Source of the DNA: Candidatus Saccharimonadota bacterium
Lineage (GTDB): Bacteria; Patescibacteriota; Saccharimonadia; Saccharimonadales; UBA4665
DNA: 36,396 nt
Direction of reading: 5' to 3'
Assembly: GCA_028289045.1 (NCBI GenBank)
Contig: JAQGHB010000051.1
Coordinates: 1 to 36,396, forward strand
Shown: positions 1 to 11,435 of the stretch, piece by piece
Numbering within the stretch: the first letter of the stretch is position 1
How the letters are laid out: every line of letters begins with the position of its first letter
The notes under the pieces: generated by a model
Told to the model about the DNA's origin: nothing
Databases searched by the model: none
What the model saw: only the letters and a program-made list of their open reading frames with translations
Program-made: the position numbers and the translations under genes

Positions 1-84
1 CAAATCTGCCATTTCTGCTCTCCTGTTTTACTAATTACAGAAGTAAAGTATGGAAGCTACAGCGATCAGTAACAATGAGATTTA

Positions 85-1956
85 TTACTCCCACTCGGTG
101 GTGCCAGGCGGTTTGGCGGTGAGGTCGTAGACGACGCGAGAGATGCCTGGAATAGCTAGCAAGCGTTCGACCATTTCATCAAGCGCTTCAAGCGGTAGAT
201 TTTCGCCAGGTGTAGCGGGTACGCCCGTCATGAAATCATTAGTGATAAAGGTGCGGATGCCGATTGAGCGATTACCTGGCGTGCCAAAATGCACCGGAAA
301 CGAAACCACCGGCACTTGGCTGAGAGCCTCATTAAGATCATACTCGCGAAGCACTTCGTTGACCTCTTGATCGGCACGGCGGAGCTGCTCCACGGCTTCG
401 GGTGTCGGTAGTGTTGGGGTAATATCGCGAATCGGCTCATTAATCGGATCGCCGAAGATGTAGACGACGCGGTTTACGTCATGTACTTTTTTGGGGATTG
501 CCTGAGCCTTTTGAAGTAAACGATGCCAGTCTGCGCTGCCACTCAGGCCGGCCAGATAACTATATGAGCGGCCGTCACCCTGTACGCCTACTGTGCGAAC
601 TGGCAGTAATTGAACGCCAATATCATCGTCGGCAAATTCCTGTAGTTTGGTGTTGATGTCATCGAAATCAGGGGTTATGTATGGTTCTTCGGCGCACAGT
701 AATCTGATGGCGAGGCCTGGACCTGGAAATGGCTGACGCCAGATAAGCTCGGCCGGCAAATCGAGCTGTTCCCCGAGAATTCTTACCTCGTCTTTATGAA
801 GTTCTTTGAGCGGTTCGATCACGCGGCCGGCATCACGTAGTTTGCGCACCAAATGCGTGTCATTATGGTGAGTTTTGATCGTGACAGCTTTGGAGCTGGC
901 CAAATGTGAAGCGCTTTCGATTAAATCCGGCCGGAGCGTGCCCTGCGCCAGCACGGTATTATTGGGATCAAGTTTGAGTTCGGCCACCACGCGGTCCATG
1001 ACGGCCATAAAGGTGTCGCCAATAATTGCGCGCTTGGTTTCGGGATCGGATACTTCTTTGAGCGGTGGTGTCTCGTTGCCGTTGATCGTCGTCGTGGCAT
1101 TGAAAAACTGTTCGCCGGCATCCACCACGTCGAGCGTAACATTCACTGTCGCCAGTGCTCTCTTGACGGCCTGACTTTCTTCGTGGCGCATGAAGCCGGT
1201 ATCGACGTGGACTACATTAATCTGTTCGGGCGGCAATGCCATACCAACTAACACCGCGCATACCGTGGAATCGACGCCGCCGCTGGCGAAGGTCAATACC
1301 TGCCGGTCACCGACTATCTCACGGATATATTGCAAGGCATCTTCCAGGCGATCTGTCAGTTCGTATGTCGCCTCAAGCTTAGCAACCTTAAATAAAAAGT
1401 TTTCGATCATGGCAACACCGTTATCTGTCAGATCCACTTCGGGATGAAACTGTACGCCGTAAATTTTACGCGCATCATCGGCGATTGCGGCAACTATCTC
1501 GCCCGAAGTGCCGGCCGTTTTAAAGCCTTCGGCGACTTCATCGATGCTATCGCCATGGCTCATAAGCACGTTTTGAGTTTCATTTAGTCCGTCAAAAATA
1601 ATTGCAGTTGGATCAACTGCGATGGTGGTGTGTCCGTCTTCTCGTGTGCCTTTTGGCGCCACACTGCCGCCGAAGGCCTGGTTAATAAGTTGCATGCCGT
1701 AACAAATACCCAGAATAGCTTTCCCTGCTCCCCAAAGCTTGGGATCCGGGTGCGGCGCATCTGGCCCGTACACACTTTCTGGGCCACCGGATAGAATGAA
1801 TGCACCATAATCTTGGAGCTGTTCGTATGGCGTATCGAGCGGCAGCAAATCCGATCGAACTGCTAACCCGCGTACTCGCCGATCAATCACTTTACCGTAC
1901 TGAGCACCGGCATCCAATATGGCGACTCGCTCTGCCAAATTGTTTTCCCTCGTCAT
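85..1956 (-). CDS. guaA: GMP synthase (glutamine-hydrolysing), long animal-like form
   Basis: GATase motifs ILDAGAQY, LGICYGMQ, QFHPEV; ATP-PPase SGGVDS; QGTLRPDLIES, PFPGPGLAIR; C-terminal YDLTAKPPGTTEWE. Start placed at ATG 1956 (ORF track begins at 1971). Confidence 0.97.
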   Translation of the reverse strand: MTRENNLAERVAILDAGAQYGKVIDRRVRGLAVRSDLLPLDTPYEQLQDYGAFILSGGPESVYGPDAPHPDPKLWGAGKAILGICYGMQLINQAFGGSVAPKGTREDGHTTIAVDPTAIIFDGLNETQNVLMSHGDSIDEVAEGFKTAGTSGEIVAAIADDARKIYGVQFHPEVDLTDNGVAMIENFLFKVAKLEATYELTDRLEDALQYIREIVGDRQVLTFASGGVDSTVCAVLVGMALPPEQINVVHVDTGFMRHEESQAVKRALATVNVTLDVVDAGEQFFNATTTINGNETPPLKEVSDPETKRAIIGDTFMAVMDRVVAELKLDPNNTVLAQGTLRPDLIESASHLASSKAVTIKTHHNDTHLVRKLRDAGRVIEPLKELHKDEVRILGEQLDLPAELIWRQPFPGPGLAIRLLCAEEPYITPDFDDINTKLQEFADDDIGVQLLPVRTVGVQGDGRSYSYLAGLSGSADWHRLLQKAQAIPKKVHDVNRVVYIFGDPINEPIRDITPTLPTPEAVEQLRRADQEVNEVLREYDLNEALSQVPVVSFPVHFGTPGNRSIGIRTFITNDFMTGVPATPGENLPLEALDEMVERLLAIPGISRVVYDLTAKPPGTTEWE

Positions 1957-1990
1957 GGAGTAAGTATACACGCACTCGTGCGGGTGGAGT

Positions 1991-3313
1991 CTAGGCTTCG
2001 CGAGTTATGTATTGATCGCGGCCAGGGCCGACACCGATCATGGTTATGGGAACGTCGGTTTGATCTTCAATAAACTTGATGTAGTGTTGAGCATTTTTAG
2101 GTAGATCATCGAAATCACGGATGTCTTGGATGTTTTCTTCCCATGTCGGCAACTCTTCGTAGACTGGTTGGCACTTTTCGAGGTCAGCGCCCGAACCTGG
2201 CGCGATTTTTACATTTTGACCATTAAAATTATATCCGACACAGACTAAAGCAGTCGCACCATAGCGAGGAACGCAATCTAATTTAGAGAGTGCCATTTCG
2301 TGAGTTCCATTAACCATCTGAGCTCTGCGAATGCCAGCAATATCGAGGTGGCCCATGCGACGTATGCGTCCGGTCGTTGTTCCCCGCTCCGAATCAACCT
2401 CACCCTCTTTACCAACCAGCACTTCGAGTCGCTCGGGATCGTGAATTTCAGTTACAAATGGTCCCCCGCCAACGTGCGACTGGGTGGCTTTGACGACACC
2501 TATTACTCGCTCAATCGTGCTGGGAGGCACCCCAAGTCCTGGTGATACTGCACCTGATGTGGTGCCTGTCGACGTCACGAATGGGTACATACCATGGTCT
2601 ACATCCAGCAAAAATGCTTGTGCACCTTCTGCTAGTAGCGAGTTGCCTGCGCTCAGTGCTTCATTCAGATATATTGGTGTATCGATAATGAAGTCAGCTA
2701 GCTTGCGGGCTTTCTGAATATACTCCTCGACAATCTCCTCAACATGCAAAGGAGCCATGTCTTTAAGTTCTCTAGCTTGGTTTACTGCATCAATAATGTC
2801 GGGGGTAATTCCAGCAGTGACTGCATTGCATAGCGTGTCCTCATCGTCTACTACTTTGCCTACCTGCAAGCCGATTCTCTCGGACTTAGCGGAAGCGACC
2901 TGAGCAATGCCAGACTTGGTGCTGCCTTGCGCACCAGTGCCGTTTTCGCGAATTGAATCAAGCATTTCATGGTGCGGAAGGACCAAGTGCATAGCTGAAC
3001 TGATTTTTAGATTGTCCGGTGTAATTTCTATGCCTTGCTCACGGACGGAATCAATCTCATCGGAAAGTTTAGCGGCATTCATTAGAGTGCCATTACCAAT
3101 TACATTGATGGTGCCTGGGTGAGCGATGCCTGACGGAACACCATGGAGTGAGAGTATGCGGCCATTGTGAAATACTTTATGGCCAGCGTTTTGCCCGCCA
3201 TTGAAGCGAGCAACAAGATCAAATTCATGAGCAAGACGATCGATGAAAGCGCCTTTGGCTTCATCGCCTCGTTGCTCACCTACAATAACGGTATTGGGCA
3301 CTGTCTCGGGCAT
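1991..3313 (-). CDS. purA: Adenylosuccinate synthetase (divergent)
   Basis: QRGDEAKG (canonical QWGDEGKG), RFNGGQNAGH, EGAQA-LLDVDHG-YPFVTS, GTTTGRIRR, KLD, IGVGPGRDQ. Start placed at ATG 3313 (MPETVPNTVIVG). Confidence 0.93.
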   Translation of the reverse strand: MPETVPNTVIVGEQRGDEAKGAFIDRLAHEFDLVARFNGGQNAGHKVFHNGRILSLHGVPSGIAHPGTINVIGNGTLMNAAKLSDEIDSVREQGIEITPDNLKISSAMHLVLPHHEMLDSIRENGTGAQGSTKSGIAQVASAKSERIGLQVGKVVDDEDTLCNAVTAGITPDIIDAVNQARELKDMAPLHVEEIVEEYIQKARKLADFIIDTPIYLNEALSAGNSLLAEGAQAFLLDVDHGMYPFVTSTGTTSGAVSPGLGVPPSTIERVIGVVKATQSHVGGGPFVTEIHDPERLEVLVGKEGEVDSERGTTTGRIRRMGHLDIAGIRRAQMVNGTHEMALSKLDCVPRYGATALVCVGYNFNGQNVKIAPGSGADLEKCQPVYEELPTWEENIQDIRDFDDLPKNAQHYIKFIEDQTDVPITMIGVGPGRDQYITREA

Positions 3314-3366
3314 TTCAATCTGAGCATAACGGATACTGGCTCGACTAGCAAGCACAAGGATTTTGT

Positions 3367-4725
3367 TTATTTTTTAAGTTTAGCGGAAGGAACTTTCTCG
3401 ATGACCAGAAATGAGACAATGCCAGAGACTAAAGCCAATATGGCACAGAGCGCAATCGAGAAATGATAGAAGTTACTGGTTCCGGCTAGGCCTAAGAAGG
3501 CCACCACAATCAGGCCGGCGGCGCGGGACACCGCATTATTGATGCCCGATGCGATGCCCGAATCATGGTTATGGACTGAGGCCATTACCGTGCTGGTCAG
3601 CGGCGCAACCGTTAGAACCATGCCAGCGCTGAACAGCAAAGCCCCAGGTAGCACACCAGCCCAGTAACTATCGCCAGGCTGCAATGAGTACAATAGTGCG
3701 ATACCAAGTCCAGCAAGCAATGGGCCAATCGTCATGAATAGCCGCGGGCCATAGACGGCAGAGAGCTTCCCCACGCGGCCAGCAAAGACGAACATCAAAA
3801 AGCTCAGGGGCAAGAGGCTGAAGCCGGCCTGCAAACTGCTATAGTGCATACTCGTTTGCAGGTAAATGACCAGCGCGAAAATGAAACCGCTGAGGGCGCC
3901 GTACAACAGAAAGGTCATCAGATTAGAACCGGTAAAGTTCCGTGATTTAAACAGTGATAACCGTACTAATGGATCCCTTTTACGGTTCTCGAATGCAATA
4001 AAGAGTGTAAGAAGAGCGACACCTACGATTAGCGAAATGATAGTCCATGGCGCCCAATGCGTCACTGGCCCTTCGATAAGACCCGCGGTGATGCCAGCCA
4101 GGGATAAAGCGGCCAATCCTGCACCCACATAATCCACATGGCGCACTTCCTCGTCCTTGGTTTCGATGATCGATGGCCTGGCTAGCACAACGCAAAGCGC
4201 GATCAAGGGTAAATTAATCAGAAAAATCCAGCGCCAACTAGCCACCGACAAAATTAAGCCACCAACCAATGGGCCCAGTATGGTGCCAATGCTGAGCCAG
4301 GCTGTCCAGCGACCAATTGCTTGACCTCGAACCTTTGGTTGGAAGTTTGTATTGATGATCGCCAGCGCGCCTGGCACTAGCAGTGCGCCAAAAATTCCTT
4401 GAATAAAGCGAGCCGCGATTAGCAGAATTACCGTTGGTGCCAGTGCGCATATCAACGAGCTGACCCCAAAACCAATCAGGCCTATCAGATAGATCTTTTT
4501 GCGGCCAAAAATATCACCCAGTGAACCACCTAGTAAAATGAGCGCCGATAGCGATAGTAAATAGCCATCGGTGATCCACTGCAGCCCAGCGAAGTTAGCG
4601 TGTAAGTCGCTAGCTATTTTCGGGAGAGCCAGATTCACGATGGTGCCATCGAGCAGCACCACAGTACTGCCCAAAATAGTCGTAATCAAGACGATTAGCT
4701 GGCGCCGTTTACCGGTAAATTCCAT
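3367..4725 (-). CDS. MFS drug:H+ antiporter, DHA2 (EmrB/QacA-like)
   Basis: LLDGTIVNLALPKI, WITDGYLL, GSLGDIFGRKK (motif A), GPLVGG, WRWIFLINLP; many hydrophobic segments. Confidence 0.92.
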   Translation of the reverse strand: MEFTGKRRQLIVLITTILGSTVVLLDGTIVNLALPKIASDLHANFAGLQWITDGYLLSLSALILLGGSLGDIFGRKKIYLIGLIGFGVSSLICALAPTVILLIAARFIQGIFGALLVPGALAIINTNFQPKVRGQAIGRWTAWLSIGTILGPLVGGLILSVASWRWIFLINLPLIALCVVLARPSIIETKDEEVRHVDYVGAGLAALSLAGITAGLIEGPVTHWAPWTIISLIVGVALLTLFIAFENRKRDPLVRLSLFKSRNFTGSNLMTFLLYGALSGFIFALVIYLQTSMHYSSLQAGFSLLPLSFLMFVFAGRVGKLSAVYGPRLFMTIGPLLAGLGIALLYSLQPGDSYWAGVLPGALLFSAGMVLTVAPLTSTVMASVHNHDSGIASGINNAVSRAAGLIVVAFLGLAGTSNFYHFSIALCAILALVSGIVSFLVIEKVPSAKLKK

Positions 4726-4728
4726 AGC

Positions 4729-5328
4729 TTAGGGTTGTTGCTCGAAGCGTCGTTGTGCTTCGTGCCAGTTGACAACGTGCCACCAGGCTTTGATGTAGTC
4801 TGGGCGTTTGTAGGTGTAGTCCAGGTAGTAGGCGTGTTCCCAGACATCTAGGCCTAGAAGAGGCTCGGGAGCACCGCTGTTCAATGGAGAATCCTGATTA
4901 GGGGTAGTTACGATGGACATGTCAGGCTGCAACCAGGCCCAGCCGCTGCCAAATACACCGGTGGCCGCGGTGCTGAAGGCGTCCATAAAGCCTTGGAAAT
5001 CGCCATATTTGCTATTCAGTGCGTCGGCGAGTGCCCCTTTTGGTTCGACGCCGCCATCTGGCGACATAAATTTCCAAAACAGGCTGTGATTGTAGTGGCC
5101 GCCGCCATGGTTTCGGATGGCGGTACGGACGTTTTCGGGCAGTGAATCAACATTTCGCAGTAGTTCTTCAAGCTTTTTGCTTTGTAGCTCTGGCGCCTGC
5201 TCCAGCGCTGCGTTCAATTTATCAACATAGGTTTGATGGTGTTTACTATGGTGCAGCTCCATAATATCTTTGCTGATATAGGTGCCAAAGGCGTCATAAT
5301 CGTAGTCTAGAGCTGGAAGTGTATACAT
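4729..5328 (-). CDS. sodA: Fe/Mn superoxide dismutase (probably Mn type)
   Basis: HHSKHHQTYV, NHGGGHYNHSLFW, FGSGWAW, DVWEHAYY; upstream Shine-Dalgarno AAGGAGG. Confidence 0.95.
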   Translation of the reverse strand: MYTLPALDYDYDAFGTYISKDIMELHHSKHHQTYVDKLNAALEQAPELQSKKLEELLRNVDSLPENVRTAIRNHGGGHYNHSLFWKFMSPDGGVEPKGALADALNSKYGDFQGFMDAFSTAATGVFGSGWAWLQPDMSIVTTPNQDSPLNSGAPEPLLGLDVWEHAYYLDYTYKRPDYIKAWWHVVNWHEAQRRFEQQP

Positions 5329-5447
5329 TATTCCCTCCTTATTTACACCTTAAAGTATAAGCCCCTTTTTTATTTTCCGAAAGCTTATAATAATTCGTGT
5401 ATACTGAAGTAATTCAATAATTCTTATGTTGCGAGAGTACAGAGGGT
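5329..5447. promoter_or_regulatory. AT-rich divergent promoter region between sod and purP
   Basis: TATAAT and TG-TATACT hexamers on the + strand; TATACT plus AAGGAGG on the - strand before sod. Confidence 0.5.
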
Positions 5448-6461
5448 ATGACCAAAAAACCAACCTATAAAATAGGCACACTCGGCAGCCATTCCGCCCT
5501 GCAAATCCTCAAAGGTGCCCAAGACGAGGGCTTTCAGTCGGTAGCAATCTGCGAAGAAGGCCGTGTGAAGCCGTACGAATCGTTTCGAGTAGCCGATCAG
5601 ATCATCACAGTAAAAGATTTTTCTGAAATTGTTGATCTGGATAACCAACTGGCGGCTGAGAACGTGATTATGATTCCTCACGGCTCAATCCTGAATGCCT
5701 TGGAGCTCGAAAAAATTGGCGAACTGAAAGCACCTTACTTTGGTAATAAAAATATTTTGGCCTGGGAAGTAGACCGTACCAAGCAGCGAGAATGGCTCGC
5801 CAACGCTGGCCTGACACTGCCCCGTATTTACGAGACACCCGAGTCCATCGACGGTCCGGTCATCATCAAGTTTTTTGGTGCCGGCGGCGGTAAGGGTTAC
5901 TTCCTTGCCCATACACCGGCTGAGTTTGAGCGCAAAATCAAAGCGCACCCCAAAAAGAAGTACATTATTCAGGAATATATTGTCGGTGCGCCAATATATA
6001 TACATTATTTCTACTCACCGCTCACTAACGAGCTGGAAGTCATGGGCTTTGATAAGCGCTACGAAAGTAATGTCGACTCCATTGGTCGTATTGCTGCCAA
6101 AGATCAGATGGACCTCGGAATCGAAACGTCGTACAACATCACCGGTAATATGCCCTTGGTGGTACGAGAATCCCTGCTGCCCTGTATTTTTGAAATGGGT
6201 GAGGATGTCATAAAGGCTTCTAAAGCAGTTGATGGCCGTGGCTTGTTCGGGCCGTTTTGTCTGGAAACCGTCATTACGCCGGATCTGGAATTTTTCGCCT
6301 TTGAGATTTCGGCCCGTATTGTAGCTGGCACCAATCCATTTATTAATGGTTCGCCGTATACTGACCTGCGCTACAGTGAACCGATGAGCACTGGCCGCCG
6401 TATCGCCCGCGAAGTCAAACTGGCCATGGAAAGCGATCAGATGGATAAGGTGTTGGGATAA
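5448..6461 (+). CDS. purP: PurP-family ATP-grasp FAICAR synthetase (formate-dependent AICAR formyltransferase)
   Basis: IGTLGSHSALQILKGAQDEGF, IPHGS, GGKGYF, DKRYESNVD, GNMPLVVRESLL, GPFCLET, FEISARIVAGTN, MSTGRRIARE: signatures of archaeal PurP. Confidence 0.92.
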   Translation: MTKKPTYKIGTLGSHSALQILKGAQDEGFQSVAICEEGRVKPYESFRVADQIITVKDFSEIVDLDNQLAAENVIMIPHGSILNALELEKIGELKAPYFGNKNILAWEVDRTKQREWLANAGLTLPRIYETPESIDGPVIIKFFGAGGGKGYFLAHTPAEFERKIKAHPKKKYIIQEYIVGAPIYIHYFYSPLTNELEVMGFDKRYESNVDSIGRIAAKDQMDLGIETSYNITGNMPLVVRESLLPCIFEMGEDVIKASKAVDGRGLFGPFCLETVITPDLEFFAFEISARIVAGTNPFINGSPYTDLRYSEPMSTGRRIAREVKLAMESDQMDKVLG

Positions 6462-7591
6462 TGATTGGCAGCAGCGACATCGCTGAAATCTTGAAAGGTT
6501 ACGATAAGGGCGCGATTCGGATTGCCAGCTTGGGCGGCCACAGTGCCCTCGACGTTTGCCGTGGCGCTAAAGCCGAGGGCTTTGAAACCGTGGTTGTAGC
6601 TCAAAAAGGCCGCGAGCAAACCTATCAGAAATATTATAAAACGCGCAAAGATGGCCGCGGCTGCGTGGATCATGTGATTGTCGTCGATAACTTCAAAGAT
6701 GTCTCGAAGCCTGAAATCCAACAACAATTGCGCGACCTGAATGTGGTATTTGTGCATAGTCGATACTTTTGGGTCTACTGCGACTTTGATGAAATAGAAA
6801 ATAATTTCAAAGTACCTATCTTCGGCACACGCCAGTTAGTTCGCAAGGAAGAACGTGACGAGGAAAAGAATCAATATTTCCTGCTACAGCAAGGCGGAGT
6901 GCCCATTCCAATCCAGTTTGATGATCCTAAAAAAATCGACCGCTTGGTAATTGTAAAGACCAACGAAGCTTCGCGAGGATATGAGCGAGCGTTTTTCCTG
7001 GTGAATAACTTCGCCGAGTACAAAGCCCGCGGTGCTGAAATGATAGCCGCCGGCACTATTACCGAAGCCTCACTGCGTAGCGCTGTGATCGAAGAGTTTA
7101 TTGTCGGTCCACAGCTCAACATGAATTACTTCTACTCTCCGCTCACGGGTGAGTTGGAATTACTGGGTACCGATACTCGTCGTCAAACCAACCTCGATGG
7201 ACTACTGCGACTGACTGCTCCCGAACAGACCGAGGTACTCAAACATGTTGAGCCCAAATATATAGAGAACGGACACCAAAGCGTCACGATCAAGGAATCA
7301 TTGCTGGAACAGGCTTTTGTAATCGGTGAAAAATTTGTTGCCTCCACCAAACAGCATTATGATCCTGGTATCATCGGTCCTTTTGCGCTGCAGGGAGCCT
7401 TCACGGCCGGTCCGCCTAAAGAAGAATTTAAAGTCTTCGATGTCAGTATGCGTATCCCCGGCAGCCCAGGCACTATGTTTACGCCGTATACAGGCTATTT
7501 GCACGGCGAAAGCATCAGTACCGGCAGACGGATTGCCCAAGAGATTAAACAGGCTATCGCCACCGATCAGCTAGCACGCGTACTTACTTAG
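6461..7591 (+). CDS. purP: Second PurP-family ATP-grasp paralog
   Basis: [76 protein letters not shown]; coupled to the first paralog by a TAATG overlap. Confidence 0.85.
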   Translation: MIGSSDIAEILKGYDKGAIRIASLGGHSALDVCRGAKAEGFETVVVAQKGREQTYQKYYKTRKDGRGCVDHVIVVDNFKDVSKPEIQQQLRDLNVVFVHSRYFWVYCDFDEIENNFKVPIFGTRQLVRKEERDEEKNQYFLLQQGGVPIPIQFDDPKKIDRLVIVKTNEASRGYERAFFLVNNFAEYKARGAEMIAAGTITEASLRSAVIEEFIVGPQLNMNYFYSPLTGELELLGTDTRRQTNLDGLLRLTAPEQTEVLKHVEPKYIENGHQSVTIKESLLEQAFVIGEKFVASTKQHYDPGIIGPFALQGAFTAGPPKEEFKVFDVSMRIPGSPGTMFTPYTGYLHGESISTGRRIAQEIKQAIATDQLARVLT

Positions 7592-10500
7592 AGGTATTAT
7601 TTTCTATCTGCGAGTCTACCCAGACGCGAGCATTCTGAAAGATTCGGAACCACGGCGAGTGTTCATCCCAATCCACCGGATGCCAGGACAGCTGCCGAGT
7701 CATCCAGGAACGCTCGGGATGGGGCATCAAAATCGTGGCGCGTCCATCAGGGGTAGTTAAACTAGTAATGCCGAGTGGCGAACCATTCGGATTAGCAGGA
7801 TAGGCCTCGGTGATTTTATGATTATTATCGATGTACTGAGCTGCCACTAAATTATTTTTGAGCACTGCACGGGTCTGCTCGTCACTCTGGAAATTGGCAC
7901 GACCTTCACCGTGAGCTACTGGAACCGGCAGAAACGAACCAGCCATGCCAGTAAGCATAATAGATGGGGATTCATTGATTTGAACCATAGACACTCGAGC
8001 TTCAAATTGTTCGGAGGTATTCTTCTGAAAGGTCGGCCAGTTTTCGGCCCCTGGGATGAGCTCTTTGAGTGCGGCCAGCATCTGGCATCCGTTGCAGACG
8101 CCAAGGCTGAAGGTATCTGTTCGCGCAAAAAAGTCACCAAAGGCAGTGCGTAATGTGTCGTTGAACAAAATGGATTTTGCCCAACCCTCACCAGCGCCCA
8201 ATACATCACCATAGGAAAAGCCGCCGCATACAGCCAGACCCACGAAGTCATCAAGTGAAGCTGGGCCCGCTACGAGATCGTTGAGATGGACGTCGACAGC
8301 GGTAAATCCGGCGCGATCGAAAGCTGCCGCCATCTCAATTTGGCCGTTTACGCCCTGTTCGCGAAAAATAGCCACTTTTGGTTTGCTGGTATATTGCTTG
8401 TCCAGGATTTTGAAGGTAACGACCGGTGATAGCCCAGAATCTTTGTCGTCACTAATGGCGGCATACTCTTGCTGAGCCGTTTGGGGATTATCGCGTAGTT
8501 TTTGTATCTGGTAGCTGGTATTGCCCCACCATTGCTCTAGCTGGGCGCGGCCTACGGTGTAGACGCCCTCTGTGTGGGTGACGACAATATCATTTGTCGA
8601 TGAGGGTGAGCCAATGGCGTATGTGTGTTCACCCAACAACTCTAGCACAGCGGCTTCATCGGCTTTTTTAACCTGGATGACTGCACCCAGCTCTTCGCTT
8701 AAGAGACTTTCCAGGGGTGTGCCGACGAGCTTTGTGATGTCGATGTCAAGACCACAACGCGCCGCAAAGGCCATTTCGCTGATGGTGGCTAGTAGGCCGC
8801 CATCCGATCGATCGTGGTAGGCCAGCACTTTTCCCTGTTTCTTCAGTGTCTGTAGGTTGGCAAAGAAAGCTTGCAAGGTCTTTGGATCGACATCTGGCGA
8901 TTCATTGCCGATTTGGTTATAAACTTGCGCCAGAGCCGAACCGCCAAGCCGATTTTTACGGTGACCGAGATCAATAAGGATTAAAGAGGTCTCCTGATCT
9001 GTTACGAGCTGTGGTGTGAGGGTCTTTTCGACCTCGACTACAGGAGAGAAAGCCGTGATTATCAGCGAAAGCGGTGAGGTCACGCTCTTATCGGCGCCAT
9101 CTTCTTGCCACGCAGTTCGCATACTCAGCGAATCCTTGCCAACAGGAATGGTTAAGCCGAGCGCGGGACAGAACTCTTCACCCACAGTCTTTACGGCCTG
9201 GAACAATTTTTCGTCCTGGTCGCCATAGCCGGCAGCTGCCATCCAGTTGGCCGACAGCTTGATATCTGACAGTTTGCCGATATCGGCAGCTGCGATATTG
9301 GTCAGTGCTTCGCCGATAGCTATGCGGGCCGAAGCCGCTGCGTCGATAACTGCCAATGGCGTCCGTTCACCCATAGCCATGGCTTCGCCGGTACTGGTGT
9401 CGAAGGCGGCGGCAGTGACTGCCACATCGCTGACGGGTACTTGCCAAGGGCCAATCATCTGGTCGCGGGCGACCAGGCCGCCAACTGTGCGATCACCGAT
9501 GGTGATCAGGAACTTTTTACTCCCTACGGCTGGCAGCTGCATCACTCTTTTGATGGCATCATCCAACATGATTCCCTCAGTAGAGAGTGCCGGAAGTGTC
9601 GTTTCGGTCGGGGTGAAGGTGCGAGTCATCTTCGGCGGTTTGCCAAATAGTACCGACATAGGTAGATCTATCGGCTTATTTTTGAAGAGCGCGTCATTGA
9701 GCACTAGTTGCTCCTTCTTCGTCGCCTGGCCGACGACGGCGAACGGACAGCGCTCCCGTTCACAGAGCTGTTTGAATAGTTCCAAATTCTCTTTGCTTAT
9801 GCCCAGCACATAGCGTTCTTGTGACTCATTGCACCAGATTTCCATGGGTGATAACTTGCTTTCGGCACTGGGGACGTTGCGTAACTCAAAGCTGGCACCA
9901 AGACCTGAGTCGTGCACGAGTTCAGGCAGGCCGTTGGAGAGACCGCCAGCGCCGATGTCGTGGATGGTAATGATCGGGTTATCGTCGCCTAATGCCCAAC
10001 AAGCATCAATTACCTCTTGGCAGCGACGTTCCATTTCGGCGTTGGCCCGTTGCACACTGGCAAAGTCCAGATCAGCGGCGCTGCTGCCGCTTTGCATGCT
10101 TGACGCCGCGCTGCCACCAAGACCGATTAACATCGACGGGCCGCCGAGCACAATCAACTGAGCGCCATCGGTTAGCTGATTCTTCTCAACGTGCATATCA
10201 CGGATGTTGCCTACCCCTCCGGCGATCATAATAGGCTTGTGGTAGCCCCAGCGTTCGTCGCCCGACTGTTCTTCGAAGGTACGAAAATAGCCGCCCAGAT
10301 TGGGGCGACCAAATTCGTTGGCGTAGGCGGCACCGCCGATTGGACCGTCGAGCATGATATCCAAAGCCGACACGATGCGGTCAGGCTTGCCGTAGGGCTG
10401 TTCCCAGGGCTGTGCAGCATCGGGAAGATTAAGGTTAGAAACGCTAAACCCACTTAGTCCCATTTTGGTCTTGCCGCCGCGGCCAGTGGCAGCTTCGTCA

Positions 10501-11435
10501 CGAATCTCGCCGCCTATGCCTGTGGCGGCACCTGGAATTGGCGCAATGGCAGTCGGATGGTTGTGAGTTTCTACTTTTATGACAGAGTGGATTGGCTCCT
10601 GGTGGTAGCTGTAGCTGTGATCACTGGGACTCGCGAAAAAGCGTCCGGCGGAAGCTCCACGTAGCACAGCGGCATTATCCGAATATGCCGAAAGCACGTC
10701 ATCATGACCCTGCTCGTAGGTATTTTTGATCATTTTAAACAGACTTTTGGGCTGCTTTTTGCCGTCGACCACCCAATCAGCATTAAAAATTTTGTGGCGA
10801 CAATGCTCACTGTTTACCTGTGCAAACATCATGAGTTCTACATCGGTAGGATTGCGGCCTAAATCCTGGTAGGCCCGCACGAGGTAATTGATTTCGTCTG
10901 GTGCAAGCGCAAAACCGTGGGATACATTGGCGACTAGCAAAGCTTTCTTGCCGCCGCCCAGGATATCAATAGTCTGCAATTGACTCGGTGCTTCATCAAC
11001 AAATAATACGGCGGCCTCTTCGATGCTCGCTAGGACACTCTCGGTCATGCGGTCATGCAGCGCTGCCCCCAGGGCTGAGCGATTGCTGGCCCTGCCCCCA
11101 ACAAAGTAGTAGGCCGTTGCTCGCTCAATCCGTTTAATGTCTGTCAGTCCAGAGTTGTGCGCGATATCAGTTGCCTTGGTAGACCACGGAGAGATCGTAC
11201 CGGGCCGCGGAATAACCAAAAAAAGCTCTCCAGGCGGAGTATCGGAAACTTCTTGGCCATAGGTTAATAGATCACGTAAACGGTCGTCTTCGGTTTTAGA
11301 AAGCGGTCCTGCATCAACCAGATGCGTATATACGGCTTGCACATCAGTGATGTCTGCGTCGATCAACTGCAGTTTCTGAAGCAGTTTCTGCTTGCGGAAA
11401 TCTGATAAAGCCGAAGTCCACGGATAGATTAGCAC
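7584..11435 (-). CDS. purL: Phosphoribosylformylglycinamidine synthase, large single-chain type
   Basis: [89 protein letters not shown]; 1283 aa. Confidence 0.98.
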   Translation of the reverse strand: MLIYPWTSALSDFRKQKLLQKLQLIDADITDVQAVYTHLVDAGPLSKTEDDRLRDLLTYGQEVSDTPPGELFLVIPRPGTISPWSTKATDIAHNSGLTDIKRIERATAYYFVGGRASNRSALGAALHDRMTESVLASIEEAAVLFVDEAPSQLQTIDILGGGKKALLVANVSHGFALAPDEINYLVRAYQDLGRNPTDVELMMFAQVNSEHCRHKIFNADWVVDGKKQPKSLFKMIKNTYEQGHDDVLSAYSDNAAVLRGASAGRFFASPSDHSYSYHQEPIHSVIKVETHNHPTAIAPIPGAATGIGGEIRDEAATGRGGKTKMGLSGFSVSNLNLPDAAQPWEQPYGKPDRIVSALDIMLDGPIGGAAYANEFGRPNLGGYFRTFEEQSGDERWGYHKPIMIAGGVGNIRDMHVEKNQLTDGAQLIVLGGPSMLIGLGGSAASSMQSGSSAADLDFASVQRANAEMERRCQEVIDACWALGDDNPIITIHDIGAGGLSNGLPELVHDSGLGASFELRNVPSAESKLSPMEIWCNESQERYVLGISKENLELFKQLCERERCPFAVVGQATKKEQLVLNDALFKNKPIDLPMSVLFGKPPKMTRTFTPTETTLPALSTEGIMLDDAIKRVMQLPAVGSKKFLITIGDRTVGGLVARDQMIGPWQVPVSDVAVTAAAFDTSTGEAMAMGERTPLAVIDAAASARIAIGEALTNIAAADIGKLSDIKLSANWMAAAGYGDQDEKLFQAVKTVGEEFCPALGLTIPVGKDSLSMRTAWQEDGADKSVTSPLSLIITAFSPVVEVEKTLTPQLVTDQETSLILIDLGHRKNRLGGSALAQVYNQIGNESPDVDPKTLQAFFANLQTLKKQGKVLAYHDRSDGGLLATISEMAFAARCGLDIDITKLVGTPLESLLSEELGAVIQVKKADEAAVLELLGEHTYAIGSPSSTNDIVVTHTEGVYTVGRAQLEQWWGNTSYQIQKLRDNPQTAQQEYAAISDDKDSGLSPVVTFKILDKQYTSKPKVAIFREQGVNGQIEMAAAFDRAGFTAVDVHLNDLVAGPASLDDFVGLAVCGGFSYGDVLGAGEGWAKSILFNDTLRTAFGDFFARTDTFSLGVCNGCQMLAALKELIPGAENWPTFQKNTSEQFEARVSMVQINESPSIMLTGMAGSFLPVPVAHGEGRANFQSDEQTRAVLKNNLVAAQYIDNNHKITEAYPANPNGSPLGITSLTTPDGRATILMPHPERSWMTRQLSWHPVDWDEHSPWFRIFQNARVWVDSQIENNTSK

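Noticed and set aside
1991..3313. PurZ (2-aminoadenine pathway) identity for the divergent PurA
   Set aside because: The catalytic Asp in GDE is retained (PurZ has Ser there), and the context is a cellular purine cluster with no phage genes.
5329..5447. Purine/ZTP riboswitch or PurR box upstream of pur genes (also checked 16315-16369)
   Set aside because: The intergenic regions are short and AT-rich and lack recognisable aptamer or operator consensus.
9247..9813. 188-aa antisense ORF in purL, and the similar 214-aa one at 31141-31785
   Set aside because: Shadow ORFs opposite well-supported genes, with no motifs or initiation signals.
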